Origin: Fibrobacter succinogenes subsp. succinogenes S85
GTDB lineage: Bacteria; Fibrobacterota; Fibrobacteria; Fibrobacterales; Fibrobacteraceae
DNA length: 32,000 nt
Reading direction: 5' to 3'
NCBI RefSeq assembly: GCF_000146505.1
Contig: NC_017448.1
Coordinates: forward strand, 330,001 to 362,000
Below, piece after piece: positions 24,697 to 32,000 of this stretch. The position numbers and the translations under genes were made by a program. The number at the start of each line of letters is the position of its first letter. The stretch's first letter is position 1. The notes below the pieces were generated by a model. It made no database searches and had not been told where the DNA came from. It was given only the letters and a program-made list of their open reading frames with translations.

Positions 24697-27528
24697 ATGA
24701 GCAAAATTATCAGCCTTGATGGCGATTGGCAGATGATCTGGGACACGGAAGACACCGGCATCTCCAATCGTTGGTATGCAACGTATCCTGAAAAAACACA
24801 GACTGTTAGCGTTCCCCACATCTGGGAAAGAGCTTTTGACAAGCTTTTGATGGCCCAGGACTGCGCATTCTATTTCAAGAGATTCACGATTGACGACGAA
24901 AAGCAGGTCACAAAGCGCATTTTCCTCCGCTTTGAAAAGATCGCAACACACGCCACCATCTGGCTTAACGGTAAACTTTTGGGCGACCACTTTGGCGCTT
25001 ACACGTCCTTTGTCATTGAAACTCAGAAGGCAATCAAGCTCGGCGAAGAAAACATTCTCTGCATCCGCGTTGCAAACATGGGTGCAACGAACAGCCGCAT
25101 CGACTTCGGTCGCGAAAGCAAGGAAGGCGCAAACGACCGCTACGCCCACCCGGGAGAAATGCCGGTTGGCCTCCCCTGGTCGCAGTATCCGTATGGCGGT
25201 ATCTGCGGTCACGTGGACTTGATTCTCGGCAACGCCGCATTCATTTCTGACATTCACGTCGAACCGGACATGGACCAGGAACGCGTTTCTGTCGAAGCAT
25301 TCTTCAACAACCCGCGTGGTTACCAGTCCCGCCTCCGCATCCTCATGAAGAACCCGAACGGCGACGTTTACGAATTCTTCAAGGACATCAAGCTCGAAAA
25401 GGAAAACGCCACGCAAAAGTTCTTGCTTGGCATCAAGGACTGGAAGAAGGACAAGTGCGTCTGGAGTCCGGAACGTCCGAACCTGTTTGCCATCGAAATG
25501 CAGCTCGAAATCAAGGGCGCCAAGGGCAAGGCTCCGGAATACACCTTCCCTGTCGTGAAGACTTTCGGCTTCCGCAAGTTCGACTGCCTCAAGGGTGACT
25601 ACTACATCAACGACTCCATCGTGAAGCTCATGGGCGTGAGCTACAACCAGCAGTGGAGCGAAGGCGGCCTCTGGACAGACCAGAACCCGGCTCTCGAAAA
25701 GGACTTGAACGCCGTGAAGGCAGCAGGCTTCAACGTCATCCGTTCTTGCGGCGCTCCGCTCAGCAGCACGGCTCTCGACATCTGCGACAAGATTGGTTTG
25801 TTTGTGTTCCAGGAATTCCCGATCCACACGATGCGTTCTACCGCACAGGGTCTCGAAATCACGAAGAAGCTCATCAACGACATGGTGCGTGACCAGCACA
25901 ACCATCCGTGCATCGCCGCCTGGATTCTCGGTTCCGAAAACGGAACATTCATGCTCCAGAACGGTAACAAGCTCTTGAACGCCATTAGCCCGATCGACAC
26001 CTGCCGCCCGGCTATCAGCAACTTCAACAGTATCTACCTCGACAACGAAGCAAACTTCCACAAGGATACGGGTAAGATTATCCCGGTTTCCATCGACCGT
26101 ATTTCGCAGTACGCCACGATGCGCGTGAACCCGCGTTTAAACCCGAGTGCCGCTTACACGCACTACCTCGCCCACATGCTGGACAAGGAAGACGAAGAAC
26201 TCATGGTGCCGGATACGGGTCTTGGAGACAGCCACTTCCAGGATGAAGAAGAACCGATTTTGAACGATATCGAAAACAAGGTTTTGGTGACGCTCAAGAA
26301 CAATACGCTCTTCCCGAAGCGCGCAACCACCATCGCCGGTCCTCGCAGCATCAAGAGCCAGAAGGCGATCAAGAACGAATTCAAGTCTGTGGAAACGTTC
26401 GTCGACGATAGCAAGCTCTCCATTTGGCCGAACTTTGAATCGTTCAACGCCGATGTTTACCGCATCGCCCTCAAGAGCAAGTACGACCAGATTACGGCAT
26501 TCCAGAGCAACCCGCAGATTTCTGGTTTCTTCCTCGACCAGTGGGCCGACAACGGCACCGACTTTAGCGGCCTTAACGACGAAAACAGAAAGTCCAAGGG
26601 CGTCCAGAATTTTGCTCGTGAAATCACGACTCCGAGCCGCGTGCTCATCAGCGAACTTGAACACGTTGCCACACCGCAGAGCGAAGTCAGCTTCCAGCTC
26701 ACGCTTTTGAACAACAGCCGTTTGGAAGATGTGGAAATCGAAGTTTCGCTCCTCGACGCTAAGGACAAAGTCCTCAACACGCAGAAGGTCATGCCGGAAG
26801 AACCTGCCGAAAAGAAGACTCTTACGCAGCTTGGCATTTGCACGTTGATGGCTCCGCGCGCTACCGGTTTGTACAAGATTAAGCTCACGCTCAAGGATTG
26901 CGGCAAGGAAATCCATTCTAGCTACGAAGACTTGATCGTGATTGAACAGGCCGACGTGAAGGACGCCATGAGCAAGGTTTGCTTCTTGGATAACTATGAC
27001 GAATCGAGCGATGTGCTCGCCGCTCTCGACGGTTCCGAACAAATTATCTTCACTGCAAACTTGAGTTCTTGGCCAGATGAAATCTTGGAAAAGATTATCG
27101 ATGTCACGAAGAACGGTGGCAAGACTTTGTTGCTCTCCGATATGACGACTGAAGATATCGACCTCTTGAACCAGAGCCACAACTTCGAAAACAAGATCGA
27201 AGCCCACTGGACAACGGGTGCAAACGAATTCAGCTTGCACTACTTGCCGAAGGATTCTCCGCTCCTCGCTGTGTTCGGTGGCAACGGCGTTCTCGACCAC
27301 AACTCTGCATCGGCTATGCCGGGCATTTCGTTGAACGAGCTCGCTGGCGCTAAGGTCTATGCACGTTCCGTGACGCTCAAGGATGGCGAAATCAAGACGG
27401 GTGTGGACCTGCAGCTCGTGCCGTTTGGCAAGGGTCAGATCATGTTCAACCAGTTCAGCGTGATTGAAGGCTTGGAAACGAACGCCCTTTCGGATGCTCT
27501 GTTCACGGCAATCGTGAACTTGCTGTAA
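24697..27528 (+). CDS. glycoside hydrolase family 2 (beta-galactosidase/beta-mannosidase-like), apparently cytoplasmic
   Basis: It has the GH2 sugar-binding N-terminus (LDGDWQM...VPHIWE...FYFKRFTI...RIFLRFEKIATHATIWLNGKLLGDHFGAYTSF), a TIM barrel with NHPCIAAWILGSENG (acid/base NE-type motif) and no signal peptide. I place the start at ATG 24697, which has AAAGGA upstream. The track's GTG 24652 start lies inside the repeat. Confidence 0.85.
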   Translation: MSKIISLDGDWQMIWDTEDTGISNRWYATYPEKTQTVSVPHIWERAFDKLLMAQDCAFYFKRFTIDDEKQVTKRIFLRFEKIATHATIWLNGKLLGDHFGAYTSFVIETQKAIKLGEENILCIRVANMGATNSRIDFGRESKEGANDRYAHPGEMPVGLPWSQYPYGGICGHVDLILGNAAFISDIHVEPDMDQERVSVEAFFNNPRGYQSRLRILMKNPNGDVYEFFKDIKLEKENATQKFLLGIKDWKKDKCVWSPERPNLFAIEMQLEIKGAKGKAPEYTFPVVKTFGFRKFDCLKGDYYINDSIVKLMGVSYNQQWSEGGLWTDQNPALEKDLNAVKAAGFNVIRSCGAPLSSTALDICDKIGLFVFQEFPIHTMRSTAQGLEITKKLINDMVRDQHNHPCIAAWILGSENGTFMLQNGNKLLNAISPIDTCRPAISNFNSIYLDNEANFHKDTGKIIPVSIDRISQYATMRVNPRLNPSAAYTHYLAHMLDKEDEELMVPDTGLGDSHFQDEEEPILNDIENKVLVTLKNNTLFPKRATTIAGPRSIKSQKAIKNEFKSVETFVDDSKLSIWPNFESFNADVYRIALKSKYDQITAFQSNPQISGFFLDQWADNGTDFSGLNDENRKSKGVQNFAREITTPSRVLISELEHVATPQSEVSFQLTLLNNSRLEDVEIEVSLLDAKDKVLNTQKVMPEEPAEKKTLTQLGICTLMAPRATGLYKIKLTLKDCGKEIHSSYEDLIVIEQADVKDAMSKVCFLDNYDESSDVLAALDGSEQIIFTANLSSWPDEILEKIIDVTKNGGKTLLLSDMTTEDIDLLNQSHNFENKIEAHWTTGANEFSLHYLPKDSPLLAVFGGNGVLDHNSASAMPGISLNELAGAKVYARSVTLKDGEIKTGVDLQLVPFGKGQIMFNQFSVIEGLETNALSDALFTAIVNLL

Positions 27529-27562
27529 TCCAGAATCGGCATAGTTCAAACGCAATTACAAG

Positions 27563-27589
27563 AGTCCCGCCCTGGTGCGGGACTTTTTC
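27563..27589 (+). terminator. rho-independent terminator after the GH2 gene
   Basis: AGTCCCGC cctggt GCGGGACT followed by TTTTT. Confidence 0.85.
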
Positions 27590-27595
27590 GTTTTC

Positions 27596-27603
27596 TATAT
27601 TTG
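27596..27603 (+). promoter_or_regulatory. TATATTTG (TAnnTTTG) box 5 nt upstream of the proA ATG
   Basis: The sequence reads ttttcTATATTTGctcttATG. It follows the GH2 terminator directly and there is no SD. Confidence 0.4.
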
Positions 27604-27608
27604 CTCTT

Positions 27609-28880
27609 ATGACACAGAATAACGTTAATTTGGAAAAATACTCTGACGAGCTCGCCAACAACGCAAAGAACGCGAGCAAGAAAATTCGTACATTGAGCGC
27701 TGAAAAGCGCGCAGCCGTGCTCGCACGTGTTGCAGAAATCCTCCGTGCAAAGAAGCCGGAAATTCTCGCCGCCAACAAGATTGACCTCGAAGCAGCCGCC
27801 GGCAAGCTCGACGATTCCAAGATGGATCGCCTGACTTTGAACGATGCCCGCATCGAATCCATGGCCAAGGGTGCCGAAGAAATCGCCGCATTTACCGACC
27901 CGCTTGGCCGCGTTCTTGAATCTCGTGAACTCAAGAACGGCATCAAGATTAGCCGTGTCGCTGTGCCGATAGGTTCTGTGTTCTTTATTTTTGAAAGCCG
28001 CCCGAACGTGACGATTGACGGCGCTTGCCTTTGCTTTAAGGCGGGCAATGCCGTGATTCTCCGTGGCGGCAAGGAATCGCTAAACTCTGCTAAGTGCCTC
28101 GCCGGAATTTTCCACCAGGCTCTTGAAGAAAACGGCGTCGACAAGGATGCCGTGCAGCTCGTGACCGAAACGAGCCATGACCTCGTGGGCATGCTCTTGC
28201 AGCGTAACGATTGCCTCGACCTCGTGATTCCCCGCGGTGGCGAACGCTTGATCCGCGCCGTCGTAGAACAGAGCAAGATTCCTGTCATCAAGCACTTCAA
28301 CGGCATCTGCCATGTGTACGTGGACAAGTCCGCCGACATGGAAAAGGCAGTGAACATTCTCATCAACGCCAAGACGCAGCGCACGTGTGTGTGCAACGCC
28401 ATGGAATGCGTGATTATCGACCGCCACATTGATGATGCAAACGTCAAGAAGCTCATTGATTGCCTCGCCGATCGCGGTGTGGAACTCTTTGGCAACAAGG
28501 ATGCCCAATCGCACGACAGCCGCATCAAGGACATCGGCGATGATAGCAACTACCATCACGAATACCTCGCCCTCAAGGCAAGCGTCAAGTTCGTCGATAA
28601 CGTCGAAGAAGCCTGCGACCACATCGAAAAGAACAGCAGCCGCCACACAGAAGCCGTTGTTGCAGAAGATGCAAGCGTTCAGGACTACTTTGTCGCAAAT
28701 GTCGATAGCAGCAGCGTCATGGTGAATGCCAGCACACGCTTTGCAGACGGTGGCGAATACGGTCTCGGTGCTGAAGTGGGCATTTCTACGGACAAGCTCC
28801 ATGCACGCGGCCCCATGGGCGTCGAAAGCCTCTGCAGCTACAAGTGGATTCTCCGTGGCAACGGACAGGTTCGCGGATAA
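27609..28880 (+). CDS. proA: gamma-glutamyl phosphate reductase
   Basis: 423 aa in the aldehyde-dehydrogenase-like ProA family, with VPIGSVFFIFESRPNVT, ILRGGKES, the catalytic Cys context (TQRTCVCNAMECV), HTEAVV, NASTRFADGGE and KLHARGPMG. Confidence 0.95.
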   Translation: MTQNNVNLEKYSDELANNAKNASKKIRTLSAEKRAAVLARVAEILRAKKPEILAANKIDLEAAAGKLDDSKMDRLTLNDARIESMAKGAEEIAAFTDPLGRVLESRELKNGIKISRVAVPIGSVFFIFESRPNVTIDGACLCFKAGNAVILRGGKESLNSAKCLAGIFHQALEENGVDKDAVQLVTETSHDLVGMLLQRNDCLDLVIPRGGERLIRAVVEQSKIPVIKHFNGICHVYVDKSADMEKAVNILINAKTQRTCVCNAMECVIIDRHIDDANVKKLIDCLADRGVELFGNKDAQSHDSRIKDIGDDSNYHHEYLALKASVKFVDNVEEACDHIEKNSSRHTEAVVAEDASVQDYFVANVDSSSVMVNASTRFADGGEYGLGAEVGISTDKLHARGPMGVESLCSYKWILRGNGQVRG

Positions 28881-28926
28881 TTAGACGAAAGAACGGCGCT
28901 TCGCGCCTACAGACGAGAGACGAAAG
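28881..28926 (+). repeat. heptamer-tract element copy 5 (intergenic, proA-hisI)
   Basis: TTA GACGAAA gaac GGCGC ttc GCGCC taca GACGAGA GACGAAA g ATG. It starts immediately after the proA TAA and ends at the hisI ATG. Confidence 0.7.
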
Positions 28927-29277
28927 ATGAAGTTTGAAGACTTAATCAAAGAAGTAAAGTTCGAAGTGGAATTCGGTGGCGTGAAGCTCGCACCGGCAAT
29001 CGTTCAGGACGCCGACAAGGGCGATGTGCTGATGATGGCATGGATGAACGAAGAAGCACTCCGCCGCACGCACGAATGTGGCGAAATGGTGTTCTGGAGC
29101 CGTAGCCGCAAGGAATACTGGCACAAAGGCGACACCAGCGGAAACGTGATGACGGTCGTCGAATGGGCCGCCGACTGCGACTCCGACGCACTGCTTTTCA
29201 AGGTGCGAATGAAGGGACCGCAGGTCGCTTGCCACACAGGCGCTCGCAGCTGCTTCTTTAAAACATGCGATAAGTAA
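28927..29277 (+). CDS. hisI: phosphoribosyl-AMP cyclohydrolase
   Basis: 116 aa with [54 protein letters not shown] and [11 protein letters not shown]. Confidence 0.93.
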   Translation: MKFEDLIKEVKFEVEFGGVKLAPAIVQDADKGDVLMMAWMNEEALRRTHECGEMVFWSRSRKEYWHKGDTSGNVMTVVEWAADCDSDALLFKVRMKGPQVACHTGARSCFFKTCDK

Positions 29278-29283
29278 AAATTC

Positions 29284-29310
29284 AGCTCGGCCAAAAGCCG
29301 AGCTTTTTTG
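29284..29310. terminator. bidirectional rho-independent terminator between hisI and the convergent paralog array
   Basis: aaaattc AGCTCGGC caaaa GCCGAGCT tttttt. Confidence 0.85.
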
Positions 29311-29322
29311 TTACCAGTCTTA

Positions 29323-30582
29323 TTACCAGTCCCCGATGCCCACACCTAGAGCGAACGTATGCCGGACAGTTCCAAGTTTTTTATTGTTCCCGACGCCTTC
29401 CTGCTTAAAGGAACCAAACTGGGCCATATACTTAAAGCGCAAAAAGCAGGAAACGGTCAAGTAACTGAATGCATTTTTCGGCGTTGTTGACCAGAATCGA
29501 TAATCAATATTTGTTCCCAAAGCAAATTCATCCGAAGCATCTGCATGGGCAACACTTTCAAAACTTGTCCTTGAATAACCTAAAAACGGTTCAACACGAA
29601 TATACCGGGAATCAAATGCGGTAAAGCCCAAATTCAAGCCATACGTAACATCTTCCTCGCTTACATCATCAGAATCGTTTTTAAAATCAGGCTTTAAATA
29701 AGTAATCATCCCATAGGAATAGTAGCCGTTCAAGCTAAATCTCCAAGAACGGAGAGACAATTCAATCATGAATGATGTCCCCATCTTATTATTCAAATAA
29801 TCCGTTGCATCACCACTCAACGTACCCATCCATTTGTACACGTACAAATTGCTCCCGCCCGTATAATATTTATGTGCAAACGGATCCTTGCGATAAAGGC
29901 GATGTCTATCCATTATTTTTTGAACAAACGGAATAATCTGATCCTTCAAATAAGAACTATGGACTGAAGAAGGATAATTTTGAACAAAATTTTGAGCAGT
30001 CAATAAAAAATCTTCGGCGCAAGTGGTATCCTTGATAAAATAGATATAGCGCACAGAATCCGAGGAATTAGAGAGTTTGGTTTTATAGCCTAGGAGAATT
30101 TCGGAATAAAGCAAAGTCTTGTACAAATCTTTAGATTCCTGCTTAATGTCCGAAGAATCTACGCGGGCAATCAGCGAATCCGCAATAGGCTTGTCAAAAG
30201 GCGAAAGATGTCTGTACAAATAGAGATTTAAGCCATCATTTTCCCTAAGGCGCAAATCAAATTTCTTCGTGTATGCAGAATCTAGAAACGCACGCCTGCC
30301 ATCCGTATAAATCGCGATTGCATTTTCGAAACGCTTGAGTTCCATATCCACTAGATATTCCTCAAACAATTCCAGCGGAGCGCCTGCACTCACGTTTTCC
30401 CTAAGGTAATCAAAAGCGGTCGCAGCGCGTTCATAATCTTCGTTTTTCAAGGATTCATGCAGCACTTCGCGAGCACGCAAGAACAGAGACTTCTTGGAAA
30501 CCATCTGCGATTCTTGCGCCCAAAGACTAGCCGATGCAAGGCAAAGAAATATCAAGACGAACAAAGAACGCATTTTCACCAT
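29323..30582 (-). CDS. secreted protein, N-terminal helical (TPR-like) domain plus C-terminal beta-barrel-like domain ending in W; tandem paralog 3 of 3
   Basis: It has a signal peptide (MVKMRSLFVLIFLCLASASLWA). It is clearly homologous along its full length to 30583..31839, sharing SKK.L..RAR.VL..SL...DYERA, GAPL, EEYLV..EL.RFE, KYYTGG, YLRVEPF, LRFKYM and VRHTFA.G.G..W. Alternating hydrophobic strands and a terminal aromatic residue suggest an outer-membrane barrel. Confidence 0.6.
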   Translation of the reverse strand: MVKMRSLFVLIFLCLASASLWAQESQMVSKKSLFLRAREVLHESLKNEDYERAATAFDYLRENVSAGAPLELFEEYLVDMELKRFENAIAIYTDGRRAFLDSAYTKKFDLRLRENDGLNLYLYRHLSPFDKPIADSLIARVDSSDIKQESKDLYKTLLYSEILLGYKTKLSNSSDSVRYIYFIKDTTCAEDFLLTAQNFVQNYPSSVHSSYLKDQIIPFVQKIMDRHRLYRKDPFAHKYYTGGSNLYVYKWMGTLSGDATDYLNNKMGTSFMIELSLRSWRFSLNGYYSYGMITYLKPDFKNDSDDVSEEDVTYGLNLGFTAFDSRYIRVEPFLGYSRTSFESVAHADASDEFALGTNIDYRFWSTTPKNAFSYLTVSCFLRFKYMAQFGSFKQEGVGNNKKLGTVRHTFALGVGIGDW

Positions 30583-31839
30583 TTACCAGAGTTCCGCACC
30601 AATACCAAAAGCAAAAGTATGTCTAACGGCGCTAAAGTCCTTGCCGTTGTTACAGCATTTTTCTTCAACAGAACCAATATGCATCATGTACTTAAAGCGC
30701 AACAAGAACGAATGCGCATAAGCCCCCACAGACGATGGCTGAGCCGCATAAAAACGGAAGTCGACATTATTGCCCAACATAAATTCAGGAACAAGCGTTG
30801 TACTTGCAAGATGATCATATCTCAGGCTAGACACACCGACAAAAGGTTCTACTCGCAAATATTTCGAATCGTAAGCAACAAACCCAAGACTTGCGCCAAC
30901 CGCCCACGTTCCTTCACGTCCATAGATATTTATACCCCCCGAAGACATCTCCTTTACATCAACATCGCACTTTTTAAAATTATATCCGGTAATATAACCA
31001 AACGACCAGAACAAGCTCAAATCAAAGCGCTTCACACGGAAATCCAAGCCAAGCATAATGGGCGTATCCGATTCGTAATTCAGATAATCGCTCCCCTCGC
31101 CTGTCATAAAGCCAAAGCCCATGTACATATAAAATCCAAATCCACCCGTATAGTACTTTTGTCCCAAAGGATCCTGTTTGAACTGTTTTTGCTCTTCCAA
31201 ATACTTTTGGACCGGGCCAATAAACAAATCCTTCAAATACGCGGCATGATCCGAATAAGGATACTCCTCAACATACTTTTTGATCAAAGCGAGGAATTCC
31301 TCAAGAGAAGACAAATCTTCATTATAGTTCAAAACAACAACGTCGTCCCCTTCACCCACCGTAGAAGCGTGAGCAGCAACAAAGTCCAAATAAATGAGGG
31401 TCTTGTGCAAAAGTTTGTACTCTTGCCTTTCATCCGAAGCATCTATGCGCACACATAATGAATCAACAAATCGCTTATCCATTTTATTCGTTTGTATCAG
31501 ATAACGATTCAACAAATCTTCAACTTCAACACGGCTTACAGCAGGGCGCGTGTAGTTTTTATCAAAGATATCCCGGTGAATGTCTCCGTAGAAAACAAGA
31601 GCATCCTCAAATCGGCCCAATTCAAGATTCACCAAATACTCTTCCATTTCCGAAAGCGGAGCACCATTCTCCACATTCGTTTTCAAGTAGTCCAACGCTT
31701 CACCGGCACGTTCGTAGTCTCGGCACTCCAAAGACTTTCGAAGAACATCTCGAGCACGGTCATACAGTTCTTTTTTGGATGGCTGAGAGAAAGCCACGAC
31801 ACTAAGCAAAAGCAATGAAAGTAGAATTCGCATTTTCAT
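30583..31839 (-). CDS. secreted protein, same family; tandem paralog 2 of 3
   Basis: It has a signal peptide (MKMRILLSLLLLSVVAFS). Its stop TAA abuts the next ATG (CTCTGGTAAATG). It ends ...FAFGIGAELW. Confidence 0.6.
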   Translation of the reverse strand: MKMRILLSLLLLSVVAFSQPSKKELYDRARDVLRKSLECRDYERAGEALDYLKTNVENGAPLSEMEEYLVNLELGRFEDALVFYGDIHRDIFDKNYTRPAVSRVEVEDLLNRYLIQTNKMDKRFVDSLCVRIDASDERQEYKLLHKTLIYLDFVAAHASTVGEGDDVVVLNYNEDLSSLEEFLALIKKYVEEYPYSDHAAYLKDLFIGPVQKYLEEQKQFKQDPLGQKYYTGGFGFYMYMGFGFMTGEGSDYLNYESDTPIMLGLDFRVKRFDLSLFWSFGYITGYNFKKCDVDVKEMSSGGINIYGREGTWAVGASLGFVAYDSKYLRVEPFVGVSSLRYDHLASTTLVPEFMLGNNVDFRFYAAQPSSVGAYAHSFLLRFKYMMHIGSVEEKCCNNGKDFSAVRHTFAFGIGAELW

Positions 31840-31842
31840 AAT

Positions 31843-32000
31843 TTACCACAAATAAATTCCAAGTCCAAGATTGAAGAAAAAGCTAGTCGTTTCGCCCTTA
31901 ACATACTTATGATCAAAATCAATATTTGAAAAACCAAGTTTGCCTACAAGAGAAAAACTGGAGAAAGCATGATCGGCATAAAAGAGGAAAGCCGTAATGA
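31843..32000 (-). CDS. C-terminal end of a third member of the same family (5' part outside the window); tandem paralog 1 of 3
   Basis: Hand translation of the minus strand gives ...HYGFPLYADHAFSSFSLVGKLGFSNIDFDHKYVKGETTSFFFNLGLGIYLW*. The stop at 31845-31843 lies 3 nt before the next gene's ATG. Confidence 0.5.
   Translation of the reverse strand, partial: ITAFLFYADHAFSSFSLVGKLGFSNIDFDHKYVKGETTSFFFNLGLGIYLW

Overview
Mostly core chromosomal DNA of about 50% GC by eye. Gene content and style suggest a Fibrobacter or other FCB-group bacterium, but I cannot verify the taxon. The centre (4.5-15.6 kb, minus strand) is a near-complete siroheme-dependent (alternative, Ahb) heme b pathway: hemL, hemB, cbiX-sirC fusion, cobA-hemD fusion, hemC, hemA, ahbA/ahbB and a radical SAM AhbC/D-type gene. 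mscS and a divergent dCMP deaminase are interspersed. A second Ahb-type radical SAM gene is cut by the left window edge. Other genes are a fabF / small membrane ORF / DUF2334-like / acyl-CoA synthetase operon, a large secreted repeat protein, tgt, a TrpB2-type PLP enzyme, rplU-rpmA, a secreted divergent subtilase-like gene in a visibly AT-rich stretch, a GH2 glycosidase, proA, hisI, and three tightly packed paralogous secreted proteins with a beta-barrel-like C-terminus. No rRNA, tRNA, CRISPR array, transposase or recognisable defence genes were seen. The most unusual signal is a dispersed family of short TTA(GACGARA)3-4 heptamer-tract elements in five copies. Four of these lie inside heme-pathway reading frames. 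They are translated as linkers in cbiX-sirC, cobA-hemD and ahbA-ahbB, and one breaks the ahbB frame in a way that gaining a single 7-nt unit would repair. Also notable are TAnnTTTG boxes 4-6 nt upstream of SD-less start codons, which suggest leaderless mRNAs, and a second family of hairpin+AATGAC REP-like elements at gene ends.
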